64,000 nt of DNA from Eledone cirrhosa (GCA_964016885.1 OZ024740.1:141794001-141858000); one strand, 5' to 3'; shown: positions 43,487 to 59,198, numbered from the stretch's first letter. The notes: generated by a model not told the origin, from the sequence alone. Translations and numbers: made by a program.

Positions 43487-44066
43487 AACACACACACACA
43501 CGCATATATATATACTAAGTGGTAAGAGAATTGGATTTGCAATCGTGAGGTTGTGAGTTTTATTCCCGGACCGGGCGATGCGTTATGTCCTTGAGCAAGA
43601 CACTTCATTTCACGTTGGTCCCTCTACCAGGATTTGCGACCGCTAGATAGTATTAGCAATGGAAAGACCAACGGAAACATTGTTTCCTCCGTCCGATTTG
43701 ACGAAAGTCGATCGATTGTTGATGTATATGCATTACTTTTTGAAACAGAAACTGACAGGAAAGTAACTGTTTCAATGTATATCGCATCACACCTGGCATT
43801 AAATGAGATACAATATGGGGATATGTAAAGGTAGTAATGTACCTGTAAGTTCACAGCAACTGTATATATGAACATACGTACATATAACAGTCAAACATTA
43901 CTTGAATAAGTACACAAAATATGCAGCGATTATAATTTGTTAGCACACTATATCAAGCGTTAAACTAATATACTAATATATTTCTTCATTGTACTGTATT
44001 GTTTGCCTTGTTGTTTCCTCTTACTTTTTGCGTATATATAAATATACAATTTCTATACTTTTCATT

Positions 44067-44102
<36 letters not shown>

Positions 44103-44576
44103 ATATGTGACTGTGTGTGTGTGTGTGTATGTGTGTATGTATGTATACACGCGTGTGAGTAGACCTAACATACATTTTGTACCATTTAACATAATTGTGA
44201 TGTCTCTTTCTATTAGTTCATTCTGTAGATACCGTTTTATCACTCCACGCAATCTATCTGTCAGTTTGACTGTCTGTCTGTTATTCAGCTTCGATATATA
44301 TTGATACATGTACTTATTAACCTATCCATCCTTTCATTTTCCTAGCCATGTCCCCCTTTTTCACTTCTTCACTCAACTCCCCTCTCTAGATATGAATATG
44401 CATATATATTTATGTGCATTAGTCTACACACACACATACTCACAAATATATAAGTGTTTGTATATTTGAATATATGTACGTGTATAAATGTACATATACA
44501 TACATACATACATACACACATATATATATATATATATCATTTGTACTGCCTCTGTTTTTTGTTCCTGTCTAATATT

Positions 44577-44656
<80 letters not shown>

Positions 44657-44671
44657 TATATATATATACAC

Positions 44672-44846
<175 letters not shown>

Positions 44847-45134
44847 TTTTATATAGAAACAGTAAGTACACGAAATATATATATATATGCACATATACAT
44901 ACATACTCACATACATACATACACACATACACACATACATACATAGTATGTGTCCAACTATATACACCTAGCAAGCTGTATTTCTATGAACCCATTTATC
45001 AACCAATCTTACCAGCTATCTAATAATTTAACTACACACCTACCTACTTACTGACATATCTCTTGAATGATATCGATGTTGTATTGATCTCCAGCCACGG
45101 TGATTCTAACGCTACATCTGCATGTATACACACA

Positions 45135-45223
<89 letters not shown>

Positions 45224-45236
45224 TTGTGTGCTTGTT

Positions 45237-45272
<36 letters not shown>

Positions 45273-45289
45273 CATATGTATATAGACAT

Positions 45290-45337
<48 letters not shown>

Positions 45338-45350
45338 TTGTGTGCTTGTT

Positions 45351-45383
<33 letters not shown>

Positions 45384-45480
45384 GCTTGTGTGCTTGTTTG
45401 TGCATATATATATATGTGTATATATATATATATATATGAACATATGTATATAGACATACACACACACACATATATATATA

Positions 45481-45578
<98 letters not shown>

Positions 45579-45642
45579 CATATATATATATGTGTGTATA
45601 TATATATAAATATACATACATATATATATGTGTATATATATA

Positions 45643-45753
<111 letters not shown>

Positions 45754-46213
45754 GTGTGTGTGTGTCTACGCATTGAGCACATACACTTACCATACTACAC
45801 TTTACAAGGAGGAGGCCGAAAGAAATCGATAGTTCATTAGTTTTGAGCCATTGTCACCAGCTTTTCCATAACTCCGACCACCAAGCAACGATTAAATATT
45901 TAGACCAACTCCGATGCGCAAGCGACTATCAGACCTTCTCCATCTACTTCTTTCCTCGTCTCTCCATTACTCCCTCCTTCTTTCATTGTCTACTTTTTCC
46001 CTTGTTTCTCTCTTCATCTCTTTCTATCTCTCTCATTTTTATCGTCCTCTGATGTCATAAGTGTGGTCATATATGTGTGTGTGAATGTGTCAATGTATAC
46101 ATGCGTACATACATACACACATATATACACAGACTCATATATTTATAACACACATGTATGCATTATGTATGTATGTATGTATGTATGTATGTATGTATGT
46201 ATGTATGTATGCA

Positions 46214-46825
46214 TGTCGGTTCACCAGTTGGTGCTACTGGTAACATGTATCCCAGTACAACCTGTCCCATGGTCGGGTCGTTGGCGACTAAACTGGCAAC
46301 CCCACCAAGGTTTCTTGGTGAGGAGGGTGACTTTGGACATCCTGCAGGACTAAAAACAAAACCTGTCAAAGGGCAAAGGAGCTCTTAAGAGTCAATGGCC
46401 ATCCAAAATCACCGAGAGAGATGACCCCTTAGCCTTTGTCAAGGCAGAATTCTAGGAGAAGGAAAACTCTGATATAACACCTGCAACCCTGATGGTATCC
46501 AATGATGTTGACTTGTTCTTCTTTTTGGTAAATATCATCTTGGTTAAGAGAGTGGGACTGGCTTTGTGCAGTGCCTTTGCTCACTATAAAAGCTTCACGG
46601 CACAGGCATTGCTTTGTATCTGGAGATCTCTCTGCACTTGTCGTCACATGGTACCATGGGCCCAGCACTATGTGTCAATAATTGTCACAAGTGCAGTGTT
46701 TGTACCAGAGTTTTCAAGTCGCTGGCTGGACTAAAAAGTCACACTCGTTCAGCGCATCGGTAGGGGTTCTCCTACTTGGATATAAAGTAGTGGCCGTACT
46801 CGAAAACGAGTTGGCAGCCACCATG
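46214..46825 (+). mobile_element. Non-autonomous RTE-related element, about 610 bp, within (TATG)n
   Basis: Full copy homologous to 17669-18280, flanked by (tatg)n on both sides. Confidence 0.85.
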
Positions 46826-46980
46826 TATGCATGTATATATGTATGTATGTATATGTATAATTATAGTTTATATATATGAAACAGTTCTAGTCCTGTAGAA
46901 GCCAGTTCTATATTCAAAATTTATACTCTGCTATGTGTCAAGTACCTTACTTACAGTGGTTATCCCCAATTGAACCCGTG

Positions 46981-47069
<89 letters not shown>

Positions 47070-47159
47070 CATATATATATATTTATACATATTATAAACA
47101 TACATAGATATATACATATATAGACATATATGTAAATATATACACACACACAAATATAT

Positions 47160-47294
47160 TGACCAAAGTTTCACCAATTTTAAACTAGTAAGACCATTAT
47201 TCAGCTAAGTACACAATACTTGGGATAATTCAGTGTAAGTATATTAGAGAATTGGTGCTCGACGGTTGAGCTCAACTGTCGGGTCCAAAATCTG

Positions 47295-47300
<6 letters not shown>
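47160..47300. mobile_element. Diverged family A-like fold-back centred on GAGCTC; relative at about 26057-26195
   Basis: attggtgctcgacggttga|gc|tcaactgtcgggtccaaaat. It shares ccattattca with 26081. Confidence 0.55.
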
Positions 47301-47376
<76 letters not shown>

Positions 47377-47990
47377 GCCACGAAACTACGTAGTCGAGGA
47401 ATTTAGGAGCAGTTTAGGTATGATACATTTTATTACTAATTATATCTAAATGTTTCTTCTCTCTTCATAATATATATATACATATAGATATAGATTGAAG
47501 TTAATATGTCCAGGGATACTAGGTACCCCTAGAAATACATAGGTTGTCTATGATTCAAGGTTGTTCAATGGTATTAATTTGATACACCAGAACTTTAATA
47601 TTAAGATAAGCAGAACAAGTAAAATTCAATCAATTTTTCAAAATACATTAAAAAATCTAATATAAATATTTACCTCTCCTAGTGGCCCTTACTGATCAGT
47701 TTCGCTTTGTAAAACCTCATAAATCCGATGGATTTATGATGGAAAACCAAAGCTCATCAGAGAAGCATTTTCCCTTCCTAGGGCTAAACGTCCCAGGAAC
47801 GACAAAATATATAACCTCCTGCCAGCAAATAAAGGTCTGAAAGGTCGTAAAAGTGACCCGTATGTAAACTGGACCGAAGTAAAAGCGAAACTGATCAGTA
47901 AGGGCCACTAGGAGAGGTAAATATTTATATTAGATTTTTTAATGTATTTTGAAAAATTGATTGAATTTTACTTGTTCTGCTTATCTTAAT

Positions 47991-47991
<1 letters not shown>
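47377..47991. mobile_element. Fold-back HHR insert in (TA)n
   Basis: 47599-47708 is inverted relative to 47882-47991. The left arm has about 220 bp of extra tail. Confidence 0.9.
47685..47766 (-). ncRNA. Type I hammerhead
   Basis: gcttct-CTGATGA-gctttg...tcataaatcc(atc)ggatttatga...caaagc-GAAA-ctgatcag-TA-agggc, with palindromic stem/loop III. Confidence 0.9.
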
Positions 47992-48043
<52 letters not shown>

Positions 48044-48145
48044 TGGCTGACTGAATATACACGTGCTTTTTCTAAAAAAGATGTGTTACGTTCCTTATTC
48101 TTCTCATTCTCTATCTTTCTATTGCATCTTTTATTTCTCATTCCA

Positions 48146-48183
48146 TCTTCTGATGAAGGACTAGTGTGTCCGAAATGTAAAGT
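48146..48183 (+). ncRNA. Minimal hammerhead (family G) in (TA)n-flanked insert about 48042-48270
   Basis: ctt-CTGATGA-a-ggac(tagtgt)gtcc-GAAA-tg-TA-aag, homologous to 59319-59354. Confidence 0.75.
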
Positions 48184-48268
48184 CTCTTTTCCTACTTTAT
48201 CAAGCATTAAACTTATGTTTCTTCATTGTACTGTGTTGTTTACTTTGTTGCTTCCGTTTACGTTTTGC

Positions 48269-48410
<142 letters not shown>

Positions 48411-49801
48411 TTGTGTTTGTGTTTGTGTATGTGTGTGTGTATGCACACACATACATTACACAGATACACACATAATGTTTATGTGTGTGTGTATGTGTCG
48501 ATATAAGATATATGAGTGCGTTTATAAGTTTACTGCATTGTATGTGTGTGTTTGTACGTAGATGACCGTTAGTTTCACATGTTGGCTTTGGAAACAAGAT
48601 CGACTTACATCTGTATTCTTTTATTCTATTGTTCTTTTACTGGTTACCGTCATTGGACTGCGGTGATGCTGGGGCACATCCTTAGAGTGATTTTAGTCGA
48701 TTAAAGTCGAAGATATTTTAGTTGATCATAATGATCATAATAATGATAATGGTGGTAATGACGATGGTGATTATAGAGGACTCAAATCAACATTTCTGCT
48801 CTCTCAGAAATAGAAGGGAGTTTAGACTGTTGACCAACGACCAACGTATGAACTTATATTTACATTTGTTTGAGTATATACATTTGAAGTTCGTTTAGTG
48901 CGGTGTATAAAATAGTTGTTTTGCTGTTTGTTTTTGTTACTTTTCCTCCTCAATGAAATATGCAGTGAATACTGTTCAAATAGAGCTGGTGCTAGAACAT
49001 CTATTTTCACTGTATTATATCTACGCTTAGCTTAATCACTCAATACGAGTTTTATTGTACGACTGCAATCACAACGTAGATTTTTATCTGGTGTTGTTCA
49101 TTAAAAATTCAACATATATACGTATCTTCATGTTATTTATTTGGAAATCTTTTTTTCCAAACACTCCATTGACACATTATAATATTTGCCATAATCCTAA
49201 ACACTCACACTCCATCAGCTTTATTATCTATTTAGTATTGTTGTCATTGATTGATACACAAGAAAACTAGGAATATATACATTAGAGCAGGGGTTGAAAC
49301 ATCACAACGTTCGAAGGCAAACCATCATATTGGTGTATATTTTTGCATGTTTCATTTATCTAACATCCATCCTTTCAAATTATTATGGCTCTTAAAAAGA
49401 CAAGACTTTTATCTATTTCTATACATACATTTGTAGTTATTTCCGTAAAATAACTGAGGCTCAGCGAGACTATACTTCCTCAAAATGTGGCTCCCTTGAA
49501 TGTCAATCAATTTTTATACAGGCCTTCCAGCATAAAAAGGTTCCCTGCCCTGGGATTTGAAAATATATATCTCTTATTTCGATATTGTGAGTATAACTCT
49601 CGCCCCTATCGGAAGAAGTTAGCTAGACACAGCAGATGTAGCTCGAGTTTATTATCTACCTATCTGTCTGCCTATTAATCTGTCTCTCTGTTTCTTCTCT
49701 CTCATTCTCGCTCTTTATACACACACACTCTCACACACACTCTCACACACATGCACGCACACACACATATACACTCACATACACACATATATATGTATAT
49801 G

Positions 49802-49841
<40 letters not shown>

Positions 49842-49857
49842 TGTATATATATATATG

Positions 49858-49936
<79 letters not shown>

Positions 49937-50999
49937 GTTGAAGAGATACATCAGGGAATTATGTTTTACATTATTCTGTGTTGTGCATACCAGCAGAACT
50001 TTATTCTGATGCCAATATTAGAAAACAATAAAGAATAACTATAAAAAACTTGTTTTATTATTTACTAGTTTCTTTTATATTGTTCTTTCACACCGTAAAT
50101 AAAATGTGAGGTGTGAAATAAAGTATGTAGACATTTGGAAATTATGGTTGGCTAAAGTATAGAGGTGAAATGTGAAATGTGTGGTTGGCTGGCTGGTTTG
50201 TTAGTTTGTTGGAGAAGTGAGGAGTTGGTTGGGGATGATGATGATGATTACGATGATTACGATGATGGTAATGATTATGATGATGATGATGATTATGATG
50301 ATGATAATGATATTCATGGCAGCAACTTTGATTACGCCAACGGAGACTCCAATGTTGATGATGATGATGTTTATGATGAGGAGGGGGTGCCTTTAGCAGA
50401 ATCACCCTGTTTCTAACATTCAGAGCAGGTTCTCAGTTTCAGGATACCTTAATTTCTCCCACCAGTCACAAAAGCCCTGTCTAAGCAATAAAAAACAAAA
50501 CAAAAATAAATATTTACAATTCTTTGACTCGACCCCAGTGTATGACTGGAAATTACAAACCTGGTGGATGGAAACAACACGGATACCCGTGGGACTTGAA
50601 CTTAGACTGTAAATGGGGTGATGGTGACGACGACGAAGATTAAAGAAAGAGAGAAAAGGACTTCCCTCGATTTCGACGATGATTGTTCCAGTTATTCGAT
50701 CAACAGAACAGCCTGCTCAGAAATTAACTTCACAGATACGTGTACCGTTAACTTAGTTCGCAGGGAGATTCAGCGCGACACCGTGTGGAATGAGACTGGC
50801 TCTTTGAATTACAGGTACAGTCCATCCGACGGGTTTCCAAGCAGTTTGCGTTTCCTCAATTTCACTCACAAGGCATGAGTCGACCCGAGGACATGGTAAA
50901 TAACACTTGCTTAAAATGCCACGCAGTAAGATCGAACTCAGAACTGAGAAGAACCAACTCCCTAACCATTCGATCATACTCCGCCCACGATAGCGATAA

Positions 51000-51375
51000 T
51001 ATTGGTTTCTGATTTAGACATAAGGCCAACAATTTTGGGAGGAGGGGAAAGTCGATTAAATCGACTCCAGTGCATTACTGGTACTTTATCAACACCGTAA
51101 GGATGAAAAGGCAAAGCTAACCTCGGCGGGATTTGAACTCAGAACGTAAAGGGCCGTAACTATATGCCACAAAGCATGTCCAACACTCTACCGATACTAC
51201 CAATGATAATAATATTGTTTCTGCTTTTGGGACAAGGCCAGCAATTACCCATACTAGTATTTTATTTTATCGACGCCGTAAGGTAATTTTATTTTATCGA
51301 CGGGATTTGAACTAACTATATTAAAGGGGCGTAACTATGCTAGCAAAGCATGGCGTCCGACCCTCTACCGACGAT
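51000..51375 (-). mobile_element. Two tandem Deu/Nin-like SINE copies
   Basis: Reverse complement of the 3779-3960 family (ggcgggatttgaactc; gcatggcgtccgaccctctaccga). Confidence 0.8.
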
Positions 51376-52415
51376 AATACCGATGATTCAATACGATATA
51401 TGTTTATCATTTTCTGATTTTTAAATGGGATTCTTGGGAGTAACGTAAAAAACATTATATTTTTCTTTATTTAACTATTACTATTATTTTTAAAATATCT
51501 TAGAATTTCTCATTTCTTTTGGTTTTAAAATCATTTAATATTATAGTGTCGTTTATGGCGTTTTTCGAATGACAGGGAAGAAAATTGTTTTGAATGATAA
51601 TGGAATATGACAAGATGGCGTTAGCTTACTATATATATTGTTGTATGTTCTCTTGTTTATAACTCTTGTATATATTCTGTTGTTATACATTTCTTTGTTT
51701 TTTTTTAATCATTTGTATATGTACAGATTTCTTCTCCGGTGTATGTGTATGCACATGTATGCGTGCGTGTGTTATTATGTATGTGTCGGTATTGTATGTA
51801 CGTTTGCATGTGTGTAGGTATGCACGTGTGTATATGTGTATGTGTACATGTATGCACATATATATATATATAACTATGTACGTATATATGTGTATAAATA
51901 TATACGCGTGTACTTGTGCGTATATATGTACGTGTATATATGTATACATACATACATACATACATATACATACATGCATGCATACATACATAGATATACA
52001 TACAAACATACGTACATACATACATATATACATACATACATATATACATACTTATATACATACATACATATAATCTTTGGGGAGGGGTCTTAGATAGTGT
52101 ATTCTAGAAAAGAATATAGGATTTTATGTATTTCTACTTTCTGAATTCAATATTTTTCCGTATTTGTTTGTCAGCCGCGGTTTTCATGCTGCGAAACAAT
52201 AATGGCTGATTATCAGAACTGGTGAATTGGTAAAATGGCCGATATGGCCGATACCAATTAATCGATGTAATATATATATATTTACAAAAGGCAGACAACA
52301 GAGATTAGGTATGAAGTTTGGTCAATGAGGCTTCAGAGAAATGAAAAATACGCTATTGCCAGGAATGGGAAACACGTTAATCAAAATATTCCTACAAATA
52401 TAGTAATAATGATAA

Positions 52416-55060
52416 TAATTATTATTTCTTTATTGGCCACTAGGGCTGAAACATAAAGGACAATACAAAAACAGAGACAGTGTGGATTTACATAAAACGG
52501 GTAATAAAAGATAACAAGTCATAGTAAACAACAAATTAATAACGAAATTATTTCCCAGAACGAGTAAGTACCACCCAGGGGTAACTGAGGAACCCCTCAG
52601 ATCTTAAACCAACTTAATTTACAAGAGCATAATCGGAAGATATCCCTCTCCTCTCCAGACTCTCCGGCCAATAGACCATCCCCGCTAAATTCACCTACCT
52701 TTTAACAAATGTACTGATGGTCAACACTTCTCTCTTCAGCCTCACCTTCCTTTCCAAATGGAACTTGAAAAGTTGATGAGGGCTTGGTCGAAAAGGAAAG
52801 TGCCTATCTTCAGTCCTCTCAGCCAAGTCCACCTCTATTGTTACAGCCACAGGACATACTGCTTGCTCTTTCCGGCCAAAACAAGGTGATGGGCCGGTAT
52901 CCATGATATATTCAGACGATAGCTGGATCCGCCCTATACGAGATAATAGCTGTTCGACAAATCTCCAGAAGTCAGCAATACTTCGACATTGGTTGAGTGC
53001 GTGCAGAACGGTTTCATTCCACCGCACGCATTTCAGGCAGGTTCGTTTGACGGCACTTCCTTGCTTGTAGAGTTTGTCTCGAAGCTGCACTGCAACCTCT
53101 TCCCGGTAGCACTACCCATTCAAGGATTTCAGGAAATTCTTCATAGTCCCCAGTCCCCAATTTCTCTGGAACAGACTGGTTAGTTCGATTTCGTTGCCGC
53201 TCAGAAATTCTCCGGGAACGTTGTTGCTCTTGCCCATCACCTGTTTTCTATAGAATGCTACAGTGGAATTTCCACTTACCGCATTGTCCAATTGGCAAAG
53301 AGCTGTGGGCGCTTGACAGCATTGCAGTTGCCAAGCGACAAGTCTCATTCTTCGCTTGACCCACGATTGCAGCTCAGTCAAAGAGACGACTGCTGACATA
53401 CCTGTCTCACAAACGGTGATCACGGTTCACCGTTTAGAAATAACTGGAGATGCCTTAGCCTCAGCGCATATTTGCACATCATCAACTACGGCATGTCCAG
53501 TCCTCCGTGTAGATAGCGTTGGCAGTAGGTGGACCGCCTCATTAGTGGAACTAGTCCCTTCCACAATAAGCTGAGGAGCAGGCGTTCCAATTTGGTGAAG
53601 CTCGAACGGCAGCAAGGCACCACGGTCTAACGGTTATAAACAACGGATGCAGTGTACATTTTTACCACCCATGCCAGACCTTTCGGGGATAGCTTCTTCT
53701 CGGCCCATTTCTGGGTTAGAATGGATACCCTGTTCGTTACCTTGCCCCAGTTCTTATCCACCTGGAGATCAGAACCAAACCAGACTCCAAGCAACACCAC
53801 CGATCTGTCAGCCCAGCGTCCGTTGAGACTGTTGAGTGGCATGGATTTGTCTTTCCAGGTGCTGAGCTGTAGACATATCCTCTTTAACGGCTTGATCTTT
53901 GCTGACGAACACCTCGAATTCTGAGTTGATCGACACCATCACGGTGACGTCATCCGCATGTGCTGATGCAGCCCTTCCACGTCCCAGTTCAACTGGAATG
54001 CTCTGTAACAGCTCCAGTTTCAGTAGAAAAGGCTCGAGAGTCAGTACGAATAGAAGAGAGGAGAGATTGCATCCTTGTCAGACCAAACGCGTGATTTGGA
54101 ACAGTTCTGTGCATTTCAACGATCCAGTTTCTGAAACCAGAACTGAAGCCGGCTGCATTGAAGACAGCCTTCAGGTATCGATGGTCGACCCTATCAAAAG
54201 CTTTCAATTTATGTAAATTTACCAGAGGCCCACTGAAGCCAGGTTTACTGCATACCCTTTCTTTGGTGTATCGCATGATTTGGGGGTTGTCGTGTATGGA
54301 CCTGGTCGACATTGCGCACATCTATGTCTCTCCTACTAGATTCTTGATGTCAAGCGCCAAACTTGTTGCTAGCAACTTGGCCAAAATCTTAAACTCTGTG
54401 TTGAGCAGAGTTATGGGCCGGAAATTATCTATAACGTTCCCTTTGTTCTCATCTTTCTTGAGCGATATCGGAGAACAAGTCTGTCACATCTACGTAAAAA
54501 CCAGAGGGCAGGCCATCCAGGTGAAAGTCGAGGCACGTCGTCGATGTAGGAACTGTTGTCCTCAACTGACTCTGCCCCATCCAACTGTTGCACAATGTGC
54601 TGCCGAAAAGCAACATATATCTGCTTGAAATTTAGCATCAGGCGCCTCTCTCAGTCCGTCAAAGACCGAATAGTGGTTTTGTTGCCACGCTGCACCTCTT
54701 CCACTCAGACCCATCGAACAGCTTTCGTTGCCTCATTTCTTAAAGCACGCGCCTTAGCTCTGACAATGCAAACCTCATGTTTTGCATTGAAGATATGGTC
54801 CAGTGCCATTCTCGCAGCTAGCACGTCGACTGCAATGCTACTCCTAATCGACTCGTCTAATTTAGCTACCAACTCACTCTCCTTTCTATTTTTCCATATC
54901 ACTAATTATTTACTAAATACTATTGATTATACGCTAATCGCTCTCTTGAGAGCGCCGTATCTCCTGTTGTTGGCGACTGCCTCTGTCAAACTGTGCTTAA
55001 CTAATGTCCTAATCCGGTTGCTGAAGGCTTTACGCGCCGGGGACGACGCTTTAAGCCTCT
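52416..55060 (-). mobile_element. Decayed L1/Tx1-clade LINE ORF2 (RT and C-terminal CCHC region) with 3' UTR; second 3' fragment about 55075-55290
   Basis: RPITLLNTEFKILAK, KAFDRVDHRYL, ADDVT, LLGVWFG and CLKC...ETVLHALNQC. The 3' end is aataaagaaataat followed by (TAA)-like repeats. Confidence 0.9.
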
Positions 55061-56454
55061 ATATTAGCGTAAGGTCTTTATTTGCCACTGAGATTGTAAA
55101 CATTAAGAACAATACAATTAACAAGGACAGTATGGATTTACATTAAAGTATTAAACAGAAAAAATACAGGTAACAAAACTCACAATAAATAACAACAGAA
55201 TTCCCCAATCGAGAGGAAGTAACACCCAGAGGTAATTAAAGTAATTCATAGATCTGAAATCACTGTAATCACCAGGGCCACCATAACTAAGTGACCTCTT
55301 TCTTCCATTCTTTCTAGCCTAGGTACATGTTTAGAGTATATCCATTGATTGGAGCCATTATCGCTAAGTTCAGCTATCATTTAACAAGTATACAGGACAG
55401 CAACGCTTCTATCTCCAACATCACGTTTCATTTCAAATGGAACTTTTAAAAGATGGTGAGATATATGTAAAGGATTGTTTCATCATATACACTATGGAGA
55501 GTATAGTTATAGATATACAAATAAATAGGTTGGTCTCTTCCGGGGCGCCTTTAATCGTTATGTCTGCTCGATAAGTATTGACTTAGTGCTAAGCAACAAG
55601 AGGGGGAATGAAGAAAAAAATATAAATATAAATAATTAATTTAAGCCACAAAAGGGGTGACAGCTACATGGGGCCATCTATGTAACTCCCAAAATCTCAG
55701 ACTACCCTCTCTTTCTTCCAGTTGTTGTATCTGGCTAACAGTCACCTTAAAGAATGCTTTGCAGTATTTGTTTCTGCTCTCTGTGCTCTGAGTTCAAATT
55801 CAGCCGTGGTCAACTTAATTTTTTATCTTTTCGAGGTCGATAAAACATGTACCAGTCATGTAGCTGGACCAATTCCTCTTCTTTTTTTCTTTCATTCTCT
55901 GGAAGAAATTGACTCTGTTCAGCGATGGGCCTCACTAAGTTTTAATGCTTAAGACACGCCCTGTAATACGACGTCGCTCATACGATTACATCAGTAACAA
56001 ATTCGTCAAAAGCGCCATACTGCATAAACCTCATTGAGGTCTTATCTCATGTTTAAATTCATCAATCTGTATGTAGTGTGCTAATCTGGTAGACTGTGTA
56101 CCTCTCCCCTCATTGCGAAGGCATGTGAATACGGTATTTGGCTCACGATCATAAAGTTGTATTCTTGAGCAAGACACGTTATTTCATGTTGCTCCAGATT
56201 GGTCAGTTCGAAACAATAAATTGTACCATTAATTCAAAGGATCAGCCCAGTCACACTGTATCATGTTGAATCTCCCTAAGAACTACATTAAAAGTACACG
56301 TGTCTATGGAATTTTCAGTCACTTGCATGTTAATTTTACGGACAAGATGTTCTGTTGTTGGAACACCTGGACCATTTGTCGTCGGAACCGACGGGGATAC
56401 AACAAACAGAGCAAATAACCTTTCTGATTTTTTTCTCTCTACTACTCCTTCGCC

Positions 56455-56497
<43 letters not shown>

Positions 56498-57719
56498 GCT
56501 CTCTCTTTCTCTCCTTGCTCTAAATTGATGCCTCAATGAATAGAAGTTTCCGCTATCTGCTTGTTTTTCAAGTGTTCGCTTTCAAAACAGACTCCTGTCT
56601 TGTGTCGTCTGCCATGTTTCGCTATTTCACTCTAAGCTATTTAACGAACGGACAGTAAGCTGACATTTCCAAAAATACGCCGGACTTTGTCATAGTTAGT
56701 TTTACGGTAAAATGCATACATGCGTACGTACGCAAGCACGCACACTCGCATGCACACACACACGAACACATACACACACATACGCACGCACACAAACACA
56801 TAAAGTATAGAAAGGTGTGTTTTTGTTTCATAAAGAGAATTTTGAACTTCGTTCAATGAAATGCTGTTCATAGATTTAAATAACAAATAACAGTCTTATA
56901 TTGTGTTCCATTATGTTATAGCGTGTTACACTGGGTTACACTGCATATACTGTAGAGAATATTACAACAAAACCACGCATTTTATGGCCATTCCCTTTGC
57001 TAAAACTGGAGTTTGATTTGCTGGATTCATGAAACGCTTTTCCATCCCGCCATATCCTCTATATCCCTCTTCACTAATATCCTGGATTTCATTTTCTTTC
57101 TCCATTATCTTTAACCATGTCTGTCTCGCTCCTCCCCTTTTCACTCATCCTTCCATAATCATTTCCCTCACTCCTCAACACATGAATCAACCACCATCTT
57201 TCATTTCTCTTTATACTGGCAACATACCTTACTGACACTATTCTCATCATCTTCTAGAATTCATTGTTTGTCCTCCTCTATCTTGGTGATAGTCCACTCA
57301 TCCAACGGTCTTTTTCTCATTTACATTTTTCCCGCTTTCTCCGCTGCTCCACGTCTATCACTTACATAACAATCCTATAAACCATGGCACTTCTCGCAAA
57401 TGCAGAGAAAACTGTGAAAATCAATTCTTTGTATACCTTGATAATACATTCATCTCTACGTGACTTGGCTTGCTAGAAAAAACAGCCAAATATTTCTTAA
57501 ATCATATAAAGGAAAGGACAGGTGTAGTCCTAGTTATACAAAAAAATGATAGATGGTGATACTAATGGTTGAAGGCCTTTGATCAAAGACCAACGGATGA
57601 TAGAGGGAGATATAATGATAGAAGAAACTGCATGGTGGTAGCCGTGTGTAGTTTTTAATTCTCAGATAAAGCTAGCTAATGAGGTCATATGTTTTAATTT
57701 GGCTTTTCTAAAAGAATTA

Positions 57720-59193
57720 AGATTAGAATTATTAGGTAGATCCTCCGCCTATAAACCCTCCAATAGAATATGTTGATTATGTCTCCTTGAATCTCAGCTC
57801 ATCATTAAATCCAAAGCTAACCTTTCAAATAGGAAATCGGAAATATTCTCCACTTGCCTACATAAAAGCCTACAATCTTTTAACTATTACAAACCCAATA
57901 AAAAATAATGAACACCTATATACTTCAACTAGTACTTAATTTTATATTGAATACATACCAATGTAATCATCTATCATTAGTTTTTAATATAATATACCAT
58001 TTTATCTAATCTCCTCTTTTTAGCCTTAATAATATATACTTCACTATTGTAACTAGTGATAGTTTATTTTATTATTTGTTTAGATATTTCACTGACATTT
58101 ATTTCATTACTATATATTTCATAAGTATATAAGATAAATATGTATTAGATAGGCATGAAACATTAAAAAACCCATAAATTTAACTATGTGTGTATACTTC
58201 AACTAGGACATAATTTTATATTGAATTCATAATAATGTAATAATATATCATTAGTCTCCAACATTTATGTATGGTATATGATATAGATATATAATTAACA
58301 CTATATATTGATATATTTAATATAATATATTGTCTAATCTCCTTTAGGTTTGACCTTAATAACTTGTATTTCACTATAGTTACTATTAATATTTCATTTT
58401 ATTAATTTTCTTAAATTTCTCTCACACATGTATCACATTGCCATATATTTGATAAGTATATAAGATAAATATTCATTCGATAAGTGTATATAAGATAAAT
58501 ATTCATTCGATAAGTGTATATTCGATAAGTGTATATAACACATATAAATTTAACTATATATACTTTATAATTTTAACACCGGTATAATCCCTTGAATTAC
58601 CTCCCTTACCGTGATATATTAAACAACATAAATAAATAAAAAAAAAATATATATATAACATTTATTTATTTTTAAATCTAGTTAAATATTATTGATTACT
58701 TAATAATTATTATAGTCTTTATAACATCTCATTAAGAATATAGACATTAGTATATATAAATATTAACTCCGTATAATTTCATGTTTTCTGGTATAATATT
58801 AATTCGAAAGCAAATATCTTTTAACTTTAACTCTGTTAAGTTCGATGGATTGCATCTACAAACCATGAATATTGCTTTGATAAAACTATACAACTTTCAA
58901 TTCATAACTGGAAAGTTATTAATCTTCCAAATGACACTTAAGTATTGTAATACATTTGACACCCTGTTATTTTGATCTGCTATTTATTGATAAGTGATAT
59001 ATATTATCTTTTGTTCTTGAATGATTCGTCTTGATACATATATATTCTAATAAAATCTGACGATTCCTATGGTTTGTGCTAACTAATAGCAAATTGCTGA
59101 ATAAAATAACTTGCTGTTAAAGGTACATTCCTTTTGGAAGAAACAATTGTCAGTAACTAAATATCTTATACTTTGAATTTTGGTTTGTAAGCA

Positions 59194-59198
<5 letters not shown>
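57720..59198 (+). mobile_element. Penelope-like 3' fragment: GIY-YIG C-terminus, long AT-rich 3' region, HHR, (TA)n end
   Basis: 57720-57885 translates as LLGRSSAYKPSNRIC*LCLLESQLIIKSKANLSNRKSEIFSTCLHK. CTGACGA-ttcc...ggaa-GAAA-caattg-TC lies at 59057-59151, with weak stem I. There is a diverged internal duplication of about 270 bp (about 57920 and 58193). Confidence 0.82.

Noticed and set aside
50165-50416. Asp-rich ORF and antisense His-rich ORF
   Set aside because: Degenerate (GAT)n microsatellite with no ATG start or splice support.
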